Positions 10,374 through 19,610 of a stretch of DNA of 64,000 bases are shown in pieces; the first letter of the stretch is position 1; each line of letters starts with the position of its first letter. Both the position numbers and the translations under genes were made by a program. This DNA is from an uncultured Gemmatimonadales bacterium (GTDB taxonomy: Bacteria; Gemmatimonadota; Gemmatimonadetes; Longimicrobiales; RSA9): positions 32,001 through 96,000 of the forward strand of contig CAVUKA010000007.1 of the NCBI GenBank assembly GCA_963741945.1, read 5' to 3'. Under the pieces are notes generated by a model. The model did not search any database. It was not told the origin of the DNA and worked only from the letters and a program-made list of their open reading frames with translations.

Positions 10374-11551
10374 CGTGGCCTCCCTTCAGGAGCATCATCG
10401 AGGTGGTTGACCAGCCGGACCGCGGCGTTGTGGGTGAGTGTGAAATGCCCTGCCGTGAGCACGACCTCACCCGGCTCCACCACTTCCGTACCGCGGCCGG
10501 GGACCAGCTCGACGAGATCCGTCCCCTCTCTGCCGATCGTGATGAACCGCCACTTCGCGCGGCCGTTCTCGTACACGAACACCAGAGTGCGGCGGTCCCG
10601 CTCCAGAATGGCGGAACGGGGGATGAGGACGCGGTCGGGCAGGCGCTCCGACTCCAGCTCCACCCGCGCATACATCCCCGGGAGAATGCTGCCGTCGGCG
10701 TTGGACGCCACCACCGTCACCCGCGCCATTCGCGTCCGTTCATCCACGACCGGGTTGATGCTGCGGATCGTGCCGGTGTACGTCTCGTCCGGGAATGCGG
10801 CAAACTGGATTTCGGCCCTGCCACCCGGCACCAGGTGAGCCAGCTCTCCCTCCAACACGTCCACATGAACCAGGATCGGGTCCGCGGCCACCACCGTCAT
10901 GAGCTCCGCGCCCGCGGACACCTGCTCACCGGACACCACGCGGACAGAGGCCACCCGCCCCGAAAACGGGGCACGGGCTCGTGCCCGCTCCAGATCCAGC
11001 CGCACCTTCCGCAGCCGGATCTCCGCCCTGTCCAGACCGCTCCGAAGACGCGCGGCCAGCGCGCGCTCCCGCCGCACGGCGGGCATCAGCGAATCATCGA
11101 AGAGCAGCTGCTCGCGGTACCTCGCTTCCGCTTCGCGACGGGCGGCATCCGCATCCGCGACGGCCAGCCACAGGTCCGCCGTATCGGAGACCGCGAGGAG
11201 CCCGCCGACCGCCACCCGGTCTCCATCCTGCACCGGCACCGCCGTCAGGCGGCCGCCGATCTCCGCCAGGACCGCCGCCCGCTTCCATGCCGCGGCTTGA
11301 CCCGACGCGCCGACCGTGAGCACGAGTGTGTCCCGCAGCACCCGCACGCCTTCCACCGGCATCGCCGCTTCCCCCGAGAACGGGACCGAACCGAGGTCTT
11401 CCCCGGCCCCCGCTGCCGCGGTCCGCGTCAGGGCGCGACCGTCGGAGGGGTCGGACGTCCGTGCGCACGCCCGGGCACCGCCCGCCACAACCACGACCAC
11501 AACCACGAGAGCGCCGACCGCCGAGACAATGACTCGACTCGAGAACACCAT
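10370..11551 (-). CDS. RND periplasmic adaptor (membrane fusion protein)
   Basis: N-terminal TM segment, lipoyl halves (VQDGDRVAVGGLL, RAPFSGRV), INPVVDERTR and LPGMYA. Confidence 0.9.
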   Translation of the reverse strand: MVFSSRVIVSAVGALVVVVVVVAGGARACARTSDPSDGRALTRTAAAGAGEDLGSVPFSGEAAMPVEGVRVLRDTLVLTVGASGQAAAWKRAAVLAEIGGRLTAVPVQDGDRVAVGGLLAVSDTADLWLAVADADAARREAEARYREQLLFDDSLMPAVRRERALAARLRSGLDRAEIRLRKVRLDLERARARAPFSGRVASVRVVSGEQVSAGAELMTVVAADPILVHVDVLEGELAHLVPGGRAEIQFAAFPDETYTGTIRSINPVVDERTRMARVTVVASNADGSILPGMYARVELESERLPDRVLIPRSAILERDRRTLVFVYENGRAKWRFITIGREGTDLVELVPGRGTEVVEPGEVVLTAGHFTLTHNAAVRLVNHLDDAPEGRPR

Positions 11552-11698
11552 GGCCGGACTGTGTCCACTGGTGTGAGAGAACAGAGCGATGGCCGGCCCG
11601 CAGCCGCGGGTCCAGCGCCGAGCGCCCCCATGGTAGTGGCCGTTTCGGGGCGTTCCAATGACGGAACGAGACAGGCGCTTCAGGTCAGCGCCCGGAGT

Positions 11699-11956
11699 TC
11701 AGCGTCCGGAGTCCCTGCGCTTCAGGAGGGCCTGACGGAGGCGCTCGACCGCAGTCTGCTCACGCGCGTGCTGCCTGAGCAGGATCGTGGCGGCTTCATC
11801 CCTGCCGTTCGCCTGAGCTTCGGCGATGAGCCTGCGGTAGCGGGCAAGCGCGTCGACGTGCTCGTCGAGCTCCCGCTCGAGTGGGTCCTGGGCGAGGTCG
11901 TGACGATCGGCCTGCTCCCAGAAAAGGTCCAGACCGGAATTCCGTGGCTGTTCCAT
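11699..11956 (-). CDS. Hypothetical helical protein (85 aa)
   Basis: MEQPRNSGLDLFWEQADRHDL... with GGGGAG RBS and protein-like composition. Confidence 0.6.
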   Translation of the reverse strand: MEQPRNSGLDLFWEQADRHDLAQDPLERELDEHVDALARYRRLIAEAQANGRDEAATILLRQHAREQTAVERLRQALLKRRDSGR

Positions 11957-12237
11957 CTTGAGCTCCCCATGCCGGCGGAGAATGAATCGGACGGGTCGAG
12001 GCGCCGGAAGCCCGGTCGCCGCCGGTCGGGTTCCGGAGTTGCAAGGGGCATTCCTGCATTCTGCGAACGAGCGCACTCGTTGCGCCGGCGCCGGGGGAAG
12101 CCTAGCGTTCCGCCCGGGCACCACCACCAAACCAGGAGAGTGCGCGTGAAGCGGACACCCGCAAGCCACGCCGGCCTTCGGGCGACCGTGGCTCCCTTCC
12201 ACACCGCCCCGCCCATACCCGCCGGCGGCCTCGCCCC

Positions 12238-13308
12238 GTGATCCCCGCTCCGTTCGTCGCGGCCCCTGCCCGGGCGCTCGCCCAGGACTCGCTTCTCAGG
12301 AGCGTGCAGGAGGTCAGCGATTCGGCGGTGACCAGCCTGACCGGGGCGGTGTCCCAGTGGACGCACCTGGCGCCGGAAACGCAGTTCCAGGTGTTCCGCT
12401 CCCTGGTCCTCATCGCGCTCATTGTCCTGGTGCGAGCCATCGCCCTTCGCGTCATGCGGGCCCGCGTGCAGGACATCCGCTCGCGCTACAAGTGGCGGAA
12501 GACGCTGACGTACATCGCGGCCGCGGTCGGATTCCTCATGGTCGGCCGCATATGGTTCGAAGGGGTGCGCGACGTGGCCACCTTCCTCGGGCTCCTCTCG
12601 GCCGGCCTCGCCATCGCGCTGAAGGACCCGATCGTGAACATGGGCGGCTGGCTGTTCATCATCTGGCGCCGCCCGTTCGTGGTGGGCGATCGCATCCAGA
12701 TCGGTGACCATGCCGGCGATGTCATCGATCAGAGGATCTTCCAGATCATCCTGCTGGAGATCGGGAACTGGGTGGACGCCGACCAGAGCACCGGACGCCT
12801 GATCCACATCCCGAACGGCCTCATCTTCCGTGAGCCCCTGGCCAATTACACTCGCGGCATGCAGTACATCTGGAACGAAGTGGGCGTGCTGGTCACCTTC
12901 GAGAGTGACTGGCGGAAGGCCAAGAAGATCCTTTCGGAGACGGTCGAGCGCCACGCCCAGGAGGTGGTCGAGGAAGCCGAGCAGCAGATGCTGAAGGCCA
13001 GCCGACAGTTCATGATCTTCTACTCCACCCTGACCCCGACCGTCTACACGACCGTGAAGGAGAGCGGGATCCTTCTCACCATGCGATTCCTCTGTCATCC
13101 GCGCCGGAGGCGGGGGACCGAGCAGGCCATTTGGGAAGACGTACTTGCCGCGTTCGAGCGTGAGGACCAGATTGACTTCGCTTACCCCACCATTCGCACG
13201 TACCACAACGCGGTGGAAGGGAAGCCGGGGACCCGATCCCCGACCGATTCCGCACGCGGGGCATACGGCCCGCTGCCGCACCCCGACCGTGCGAATGAGA
13301 CTCCATGA
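12238..13308 (+). CDS. Small-conductance mechanosensitive channel (MscS family)
   Basis: GLLSAGLAIALKDPIVN, PFVVGDRIQIG, IHIPN and IDFAYP motifs. Confidence 0.92.
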   Translation: MIPAPFVAAPARALAQDSLLRSVQEVSDSAVTSLTGAVSQWTHLAPETQFQVFRSLVLIALIVLVRAIALRVMRARVQDIRSRYKWRKTLTYIAAAVGFLMVGRIWFEGVRDVATFLGLLSAGLAIALKDPIVNMGGWLFIIWRRPFVVGDRIQIGDHAGDVIDQRIFQIILLEIGNWVDADQSTGRLIHIPNGLIFREPLANYTRGMQYIWNEVGVLVTFESDWRKAKKILSETVERHAQEVVEEAEQQMLKASRQFMIFYSTLTPTVYTTVKESGILLTMRFLCHPRRRRGTEQAIWEDVLAAFEREDQIDFAYPTIRTYHNAVEGKPGTRSPTDSARGAYGPLPHPDRANETP

Positions 13309-13321
13309 AAAGGATGAGCGC

Positions 13322-13543
13322 ATGAGCAAGAAGCTGCTGGCCCTCGGGATGATCATCGGTTTGGTCGCCGCTTGCGGCGGCAATGACAACGAGACGGAGA
13401 TGAACGAGGGCGCCGGAGTCGAAACGCCCGCCCCGGCCGTGATGCCCGCCGACACCATGAACATGGATACCATGGGCATGGACACCATGGGCATGGACAC
13501 CATGCCGGAGCCCATGACGGAGCAGGATTCCGCCGGCATGTAG
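13322..13543 (+). CDS. Small acidic, Met-rich lipoprotein (73 aa)
   Basis: MSKKLLALGMIIGLVAAC signal peptide with lipobox, followed by DTMxM repeats. AGGA upstream. Confidence 0.8.
   Translation: MSKKLLALGMIIGLVAACGGNDNETEMNEGAGVETPAPAVMPADTMNMDTMGMDTMGMDTMPEPMTEQDSAGM
13451..13504 (+). repeat. 15-bp tandem repeat (about 3.6 copies) encoding DTM(N/G)M
   Basis: gacaccatgaacatg / gataccatgggcatg / gacaccatgggcatg / gacaccatg. Confidence 0.9.
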
Positions 13544-13644
13544 GCACACGCGGCGTAGCGCGCATCCTCGCGCCGGGCTTCCCGCGGCAGCAGCCGGGAG
13601 CCCGGCGCGGCGTGCGCACGGCCACCGCGGCGCGACCGCGGTCG

Positions 13645-14334
13645 CTACCCGGGAAGGCCCCACTCCACCGGGGCACGCCCTCCCTCCCTCAGCAGCGCAT
13701 TCGCGCGCGAGAAGATCCGACTGCCGAAAAAGCCCCGGTGTGCGGACAGCGGCGACGGATGCGGGGCTTCGACAACGGCGTGTCGACCGCCATCCACCCT
13801 CTCCGCCTTCTTCTGCGCTTCGCCGCCCAGCAGGAGGAAGACCACGCGGCTTCGCTTGGCGTTCACGCGCTCGATCACCGCATCCGTGAACTGCTCCCAG
13901 CCATGCCCGGCATGCGACCCCGGACTCCCCTTCCGCACCGTCAGCACGGTATTGAGCAGCAGCACACCCCGGCGCGCCCACGGCACCAGAGAGCCGCCCG
14001 CGGGAGCGGGCACCCCCAGGTCCTCACGCAGCTCGCGAAGCAGGTTCCTCAAGGAGGGGGGCGGTGCCACACCAGGCGGCACCGAAAAGGCAAGGCCGTG
14101 TGCCTGCCCCGGGCCGTGGTACGGGTCCTGGCCGAGAAGCACCACGCGCACGGCCCGACACGGCGTGAGGACGAGGGCCTTGAAAACGTCCCCGGGCGGC
14201 GGATAGACCGCGCCCGCGATCCGCTCCCCCGCCACGAAATCCTCCAGCTCCCGGAAGTACGCCTTGTCCCGCTCCCCCGAGAGGCGAGGCCATCCTCGCG
14301 GAATCGGGGGGAACGGCGCAGGCGCTCCCGCCAT
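13645..14334 (-). CDS. ung: Uracil-DNA glycosylase (family 1)
   Basis: GQDPYHGPGQAHGLAFSV, PPSLRN, GVLLLNTVLTV and HPSPLSA motifs. TGATG coupling to the upstream gene. Confidence 0.96.
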   Translation of the reverse strand: MAGAPAPFPPIPRGWPRLSGERDKAYFRELEDFVAGERIAGAVYPPPGDVFKALVLTPCRAVRVVLLGQDPYHGPGQAHGLAFSVPPGVAPPPSLRNLLRELREDLGVPAPAGGSLVPWARRGVLLLNTVLTVRKGSPGSHAGHGWEQFTDAVIERVNAKRSRVVFLLLGGEAQKKAERVDGGRHAVVEAPHPSPLSAHRGFFGSRIFSRANALLREGGRAPVEWGLPG

Positions 14335-14810
14335 CAACCGGAGCGTTCCAGGAATGTCGAGGGCATCGGGACGGCCACCACTTCGCCGCGCACCGTCAGT
14401 GTTCCACCGGCGCGGACTTCCACGCCCACCCGGATCTTTCGGTCGCTCACGTCCCGGGGCACGGCGCGCAGCTCCAGCTCGGGCCCCAGCGGGGTGGGCG
14501 CCAGGAAGTCCACGTGCAGCGCGGCCGTCACATAGCGAGGCGACGGCGAGACCCCGACCGCGCCGCCGGAACGCTCGAGCGCGATCGCGGCCGCCGTTCC
14601 GATTCCGTGACAGTCCACGAGCGAAGCGATCAGACCGCCGTAAACGTAGCCGGGAATGGCAATGTGGTGGGCGGACGGACGGAATCGGGCTTCCCCTGCA
14701 CCGTCCCGCCAGATCGTACGGACATGGAGCCCGTCCGCGTTCAGGCGGCCACAGCCGTAACAGTGGGCGACGTCGTCCGGATAGCGGTCCTGGACGGCAG
14801 CGTCCGCCAT
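14334..14810 (-). CDS. PaaI-family (hotdog-fold) thioesterase
   Basis: HCYGCGRLNADGL, YGGLIASLVDCH and VTAALHVDFLAPTP motifs. Confidence 0.88.
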   Translation of the reverse strand: MADAAVQDRYPDDVAHCYGCGRLNADGLHVRTIWRDGAGEARFRPSAHHIAIPGYVYGGLIASLVDCHGIGTAAAIALERSGGAVGVSPSPRYVTAALHVDFLAPTPLGPELELRAVPRDVSDRKIRVGVEVRAGGTLTVRGEVVAVPMPSTFLERSG

Positions 14811-15436
14811 CACTCCGCCGCCACGTCCCGCTCCGCCGCGCCGCCGGCCCCCGCATGCTCGTCCGAGCGCTCGCCGTAGAGCTCGGCGGCCACAACGCAC
14901 TCCCGACCCAGCACGTCGCGCATCACGCACCCCGTGCGGAAATGAATTCCGCACCGGAGGCACCGCTCGTTCCCCGCGTCGCCCAGCGACAGGAGCCGAA
15001 CCGAGAGATCATCGAGAAGCGCGGCTGTCTCCCGCAGCCGCTCTTCCGGGAAATCCCCCAGCAGTCGCAGCAGCGCACGGTTCCGCGCCACCGAAAAGTC
15101 CGCCAGCAGGCGCTCGCTCGCCTCGGTGAGCTTCAGGTCCACGGCACGCCGGTCCTGCTTCGAAACGGTGCGGTCCACCAGACCCCGCTGCACCAGGCGG
15201 TCCACGGCACGACTCGCCGCGGCGTTCGTCACACCCAGGAAATCCGCAATGTCCGTAACCTTGAAGCGCTGACCCGGGCGCGAGATCAGCATCAGGAGCT
15301 TCACCTGCGACATCGCCAGCGACTCCTCCGTCGCTTCCCCCAGCGTCCCCTCCAGCAGCTCGCTCACCGCCGAGCAGAACACGTGCGACGCCCCCATGAC
15401 GTCGCGGATCAGTTCGATCTTTTCCCTCTCGTCCAT
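14810..15436 (-). CDS. MarR-family transcriptional regulator with C-terminal 4-Cys extension
   Basis: Winged helix IADFLGVTNAAASRAVDRLVQRGLV..DRR, followed by the tail CLRC-x7-C-x9-C. Confidence 0.88.
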   Translation of the reverse strand: MDEREKIELIRDVMGASHVFCSAVSELLEGTLGEATEESLAMSQVKLLMLISRPGQRFKVTDIADFLGVTNAAASRAVDRLVQRGLVDRTVSKQDRRAVDLKLTEASERLLADFSVARNRALLRLLGDFPEERLRETAALLDDLSVRLLSLGDAGNERCLRCGIHFRTGCVMRDVLGRECVVAAELYGERSDEHAGAGGAAERDVAAE

Positions 15437-15561
15437 CGATCTCTTCGCTCGGGGAACCCTGCCCTTCCGGGCGGGCGGAACCGCCATTGCTTGCGCCCGT
15501 GAATAGTAAACGCGGCGCAGCGATCCTGCCAAGCGCCCTCTTCTTGCACAACTGATTGATC

Positions 15562-15579
15562 CGGGTTAACATTAACCCG
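15562..15579. promoter_or_regulatory. Perfect 8-2-8 palindrome, candidate MarR operator
   Basis: CGGGTTAA-CA-TTAACCCG in the divergent intergenic region upstream of marR. Confidence 0.55.
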
Positions 15580-15616
15580 CGTAACACAGGCGTGGTCCGT
15601 CCCGGAGCCCGAAGCC

Positions 15617-15835
15617 ATGCGGAACAAGCCCGCACACCCCAGGAGAGCAGGCGAGCCGTGGGTCGCGGACGCCATGTGGGATGAGCTCTCGCACGCGCTC
15701 ATGGAGGCGCTCTACGAGCTCGAGATGGTGCCGGACGACCAGGACGCTGCCCTGGTGAGGCTATACGCTGTGATGGACGACCTGCAAGCCGCTCTCCGCC
15801 GTACGGAGGCGATGGACATGCTTCGCAGCGCCTAG
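15617..15835 (+). CDS. Small acidic hypothetical protein (alternative start 15674)
   Basis: Amphipathic helical sequence WDELSHALMEALYELEMVPDDQDAALVRLYAVMDDL, followed by a terminator-like hairpin. Confidence 0.55.
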   Translation: MRNKPAHPRRAGEPWVADAMWDELSHALMEALYELEMVPDDQDAALVRLYAVMDDLQAALRRTEAMDMLRSA

Positions 15836-15899
15836 GCGCGGGAGCATCCGGCGGAAGACTTGCGGGTACCGTGCCCTAGACCCCCGGGGCCGTCCGTCT

Positions 15900-15948
15900 A
15901 CGAGCCGGTGGAGGTTGGTCCCCCCAACCTGTGCCGGCTCGTTTCTTT
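15900..15948 (+). terminator. Probable intrinsic terminator
   Basis: Outer stem ACGAGCCGG/CCGGCTCGT and inner stem AGGTTGG/CCAACCT, followed by TTCTTT. Confidence 0.6.
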
Positions 15949-16113
15949 CCCACCGCCAGGCTCCTCCATGCGCGACCCGCGCCCCCGCGGCTCCGGCTGC
16001 CTCCGCCCTCGCATTTCCATTGGTTGTCATGTACATTATTTGACGGGGGTCACTGTTTACTGGCCTAACCAATGGGCGGGGGCGGCCGCGGCACGGAGAA
16101 GAAGGAGGGAACG

Positions 16114-16224
16114 ATGGGATACGCACTGTGGCTGGTGCTGGTGATCGTCCTCCTGGGAGCCGAGCGGCTAATGCAGGCGCGGCGCGAGCACGCGCACGAT
16201 CGAGAAGCCACCCGGCGCTCATAG
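16114..16224 (+). CDS. Putative 36-aa single-pass membrane protein
   Basis: MGYALWLVLVIVLLGAERLMQARREHAHDREATRRS with AAGGAGG upstream. Below the ORF-track length cutoff. Confidence 0.55.
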   Translation: MGYALWLVLVIVLLGAERLMQARREHAHDREATRRS

Positions 16225-16545
16225 GAGCGACGCGGAGAGGACCCGATTGAAGGAGGCGGACTCGGGCGCCAGCAACGCCTGAGGTCCGGTTCTGGATAGA
16301 TCCGGCGGTCTCGTCCGGTGGCTCGGGCGAGACCGTCCGTGCATCGGGGCGGCTCCCTCGATTCGGCATGAAGAAGCCCCGCTCCGCCCCGCCTCGCCGC
16401 CCGGCATTCCACCACGCGCTCGTCGGTCCTCCATCGTCCTGGGCGTGGGCGTCGTCGCCATCGCTCGGCCATCGCTCACGTGGGAGCCCGGCCCGGCCCT
16501 TGCGCGTTCCGCCGCTGCAGCGCGCTCGGAGCCGGAGCGAGGAGA

Positions 16546-17499
16546 ATGGGGAAGAAGGATTCGGCAGGCAGCAGGGTGGTAGTCATCGCGGCGATGATCG
16601 CCAACGGGGTCATCGCGGTGGCGAAGTTCGGCGCGGCGATGCTGACAGGGAGCTCGGCGCTGATGTCGGAGGGGATGCACTCGGTGGCCGACACCGGCAA
16701 CGAGGCGCTCCTTCTCCTGGGACAGAAGCGGGCGAAAAGACCGCCGGACGACTCCCATCCCTTCGGATACGGTCAGGAGCTGTACTTCTGGAGCCTGATC
16801 GTGGCCGCGGTGCTGTTCGGTCTCGGAGGCGGGCTCAGCGTGTATGAAGGCATCCATGCCATCACGCACGTGGAGCCACTTCGGGATCCCATGTGGAACT
16901 ACATCGTGCTGGGCGTGGCGTTCGTGGCGGAGGGGACCTCGTGGACCGTGGCGCTGCGGCACTTCCGCCGTCGGCATCGCGGCGAGCCCTTCCTCCAGGC
17001 GTTCCGCGCCAGCAAGGACCCGGGACTCTACATCCCGCTGGCGGAGGACACGGCGGCGCTGGCCGGCATACTGGTGGCCACGACCGGGGTGCTCTTCTCA
17101 CACCTGTTCGGACTTCCCTTCCTGGATGGCGCCGCTTCCATCGTCATCGGAGTGATCCTGGGCAGTGTGGCGATGTTCCTGGCATGGGAAACGCGCGGGC
17201 TGCTGGTGGGTGAGGCAGCGGAGCCGGGCATCCGTCGAACCATCGAGCGAGTGCTGGAAGAGGAGCCGACGGTGCTCTCGGTCGAGCACGTCATGACCAT
17301 GTACCTCTCGCCCGATGAGATCCTCCTCAACCTGGGACTGCGCTTCCACGACGACGGAAACGGATCCAACGCCCGGGCGGATCGCGTCAACCGGATCGAG
17401 CGACGGCTGCGGGAGGCGGATCCCCGGATCAACCGCATCTTCGTGGAGCCGGAGGGGCCCGAAGAAGCGTCCAACCACTCGCTCGAGCCACCCGTTTGA
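16546..17499 (+). CDS. Cation diffusion facilitator (CDF) transporter
   Basis: SSALMSEGMHSVADTGN, HPFGYG and AEDTAA motifs, plus a C-terminal cytosolic domain. Confidence 0.93.
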   Translation: MGKKDSAGSRVVVIAAMIANGVIAVAKFGAAMLTGSSALMSEGMHSVADTGNEALLLLGQKRAKRPPDDSHPFGYGQELYFWSLIVAAVLFGLGGGLSVYEGIHAITHVEPLRDPMWNYIVLGVAFVAEGTSWTVALRHFRRRHRGEPFLQAFRASKDPGLYIPLAEDTAALAGILVATTGVLFSHLFGLPFLDGAASIVIGVILGSVAMFLAWETRGLLVGEAAEPGIRRTIERVLEEEPTVLSVEHVMTMYLSPDEILLNLGLRFHDDGNGSNARADRVNRIERRLREADPRINRIFVEPEGPEEASNHSLEPPV

Positions 17500-17630
17500 C
17501 ACGATCCGTTGGCATCCGGCATCGGAGCCCGCTCCCAGGACACCCATTGCGGGCCGCCTTCTTGCGTGACAGGTTGCGCTTTTCCCGCCCCGGCGCGGGA
17601 TCGGAGTCACACGTTCGCCGAGGTGAGTAG

Positions 17631-18269
17631 ATGATGACACGGAAGACGACGATCGCGGCAACGCTCCTGTTGGCATCGCTGGCCGCGACGGCCTGCGCCA
17701 CCAAGGGGGCGCTTCGCGATGCAGTGAGCCAGCAGCAGGCGGCGCTCGAGGCAGGGCTCCAGACAGAGCGCTCGGCGCGCATGGCCGCGGACCAGCAGCT
17801 GCAGAACGAGCTGGCACAGCTCCGGGCCGATCTGGAGTCGCTGCGTACCGACTTCAATGCCAAGATCGAGGCCGTTGCCCAGGGACTGCAGTTCGTGCTG
17901 CCCGTTCACTTCGCGTTCAACGAGGCGGAGGTTCGCCCGATGGACGACGCCGCGCTCGAGCGGTTCGCTTCCATCGTGAACAAGCACTATTCCGGCGCGA
18001 CGGTGACGGTCGAAGGCTTCACGGATCCCGCGGGCTCCGCCGCGTACAACAAGCGGCTGTCGCAGAAGCGTGCCGAAGCGGTGCGTGACCGGCTGATGCA
18101 GGGCGGAATCCAGGCGCAGTTGCGCGCCGTAGGCTATGGCGAGAACCGGCTGGTGGTGCCAGGGGCGACGAAGGACGAAGCGGGAGCCGAGCTGAACCGC
18201 CGCGTCGTCTTCGTGATCGAGACCCCGGGACAGGCCGGCTCCATGGCGGCCTCGCAGCCCGGGGGCTGA
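17631..18269 (+). CDS. OmpA-family peptidoglycan-binding lipoprotein with coiled coil
   Basis: Lipobox ATAC; VHFAFN, VEGFTD, NKRLSQKRAEAV, GYGE and NRRV motifs. Confidence 0.92.
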   Translation: MMTRKTTIAATLLLASLAATACATKGALRDAVSQQQAALEAGLQTERSARMAADQQLQNELAQLRADLESLRTDFNAKIEAVAQGLQFVLPVHFAFNEAEVRPMDDAALERFASIVNKHYSGATVTVEGFTDPAGSAAYNKRLSQKRAEAVRDRLMQGGIQAQLRAVGYGENRLVVPGATKDEAGAELNRRVVFVIETPGQAGSMAASQPGG

Positions 18270-18391
18270 TCCAGAGGGAAGAACTGCGACGGGGCTCCGG
18301 CGGCGGCCGGGGCCCCGTGCACCACTGCCGGCGCGGCGACCGCGCGCACGGACGATCCCATTTTCAGGCATGACCGGACAGGGCCCTGACC

Positions 18392-19588
18392 GTGCCGACT
18401 CCTCCGCTCGTTGACGCCCGACCGGCCGCCGGGGTCGTCACGCCCGGGGACGCGAGCCGGGGGGCCGGGCGGAACCGCTACGACCTTGCAGAGCTGGCCG
18501 GCGGATTCGGCGACCTCGGAACCCTGATCCCGTTCGTCGTTGGCTACATCGCCGTCCTGGGCATCGATCCGATCGGCATCCTCCTCATGTTCGGCCTCAG
18601 CCAGATGGCGGTGGGGCTGTACTACAAGACGCCGATTCCCGTTCAGCCCATGAAAGCGATTGCCGGTGCCGCCATTGCGTCCGGCGGCGCGATCACGGCC
18701 GGGATGGTGTTCGGCGCCGGGCTCTTCACCGGTCTCTTCTGGCTGGTGGCCGGAACCACCGGCCTCGTGAGCGTTGTCACCCGTCTCGCGACGAAGCCCG
18801 TGGTACGCGGCATCGTGCTGGCCCTGGGGCTGCTGTTCATGACGGAGGGCGTACGCATGATGCGCGTCACGCCATGGCTCGCGGGGGTCGGCGTGGTGCT
18901 CACGCTGGTCCTGCTCACACACCCGCGCTTCCCGGCGATGTTCGCGCTGCTCGTCCTGGGCGCAGTGGCGATCTGGATCCTGGAGCCGGCGTCGGCTTCC
19001 GCGCTTCTGCCCGCACGCCCGCACCTCCAGCTGCCAGCGCTGACGCTCGGCCGCATCGGCTGGAGCGACTTTCTCGCCGGAGTCGTGGTCCTCGCGATCC
19101 CTCAGCTGCCGCTCACCATGGGCAATGCCGTCATCGCCGTGCGGGCCGAGAACAACCAGCTCTTTCCTGACCGACCGGTCACGGACCGGACGCTCGCCAT
19201 TTCCCAGGGCCTCATGAACCTCGCCGCCGCCCCGTTCGGCGGAATCCCGCTCTGCCACGGCGCGGGCGGGATGGCCGGGCACGTCCGCTTCGGCGCCCGC
19301 ACCGGTGGCTCGCTCGTCATGCTCGGCGCCCTCGTCACCATGCTGGCCCTCTTCTTCAGCGGCTCCGTCGCGCTCCTCTTCCAGGTCTTCCCCCGTGCCA
19401 TCCTTGGGGTGATCCTCTTTTTCGCTGGCACCGAGCTCGCCATCACCACCCGTGACATCGGCGGCCGGAAGCAGGACGTCTACGTGATGGTCGTGGTTGC
19501 GGCCGTGGCCATGTGGAACATGGGCGCCGCTTTCCTCGTCGGAATCCTCCTGCACCAATCCATGCAGCGGGGCTGGGTCAGGATCTGA
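18392..19588 (+). CDS. Putative molybdate/sulfate transporter (MOT1 family)
   Basis: ELAGGFGDLGTLIP, PVQPMKAI, PQLPLTMGNAV and PLCHGAGGMAGHVRFGAR motifs. Confidence 0.88.
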   Translation: MPTPPLVDARPAAGVVTPGDASRGAGRNRYDLAELAGGFGDLGTLIPFVVGYIAVLGIDPIGILLMFGLSQMAVGLYYKTPIPVQPMKAIAGAAIASGGAITAGMVFGAGLFTGLFWLVAGTTGLVSVVTRLATKPVVRGIVLALGLLFMTEGVRMMRVTPWLAGVGVVLTLVLLTHPRFPAMFALLVLGAVAIWILEPASASALLPARPHLQLPALTLGRIGWSDFLAGVVVLAIPQLPLTMGNAVIAVRAENNQLFPDRPVTDRTLAISQGLMNLAAAPFGGIPLCHGAGGMAGHVRFGARTGGSLVMLGALVTMLALFFSGSVALLFQVFPRAILGVILFFAGTELAITTRDIGGRKQDVYVMVVVAAVAMWNMGAAFLVGILLHQSMQRGWVRI

Positions 19589-19610
19589 GCCGTCATCGGA
19601 CGGCATCGAT

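Noticed and set aside
12146-12241. Possible 31-aa leader ORF overlapping the mscS start
   Set aside because: It has a weak AGGAG and a GTGA overlap, but the peptide is low-complexity Pro/Ala and cannot be distinguished from chance in GC-rich DNA.
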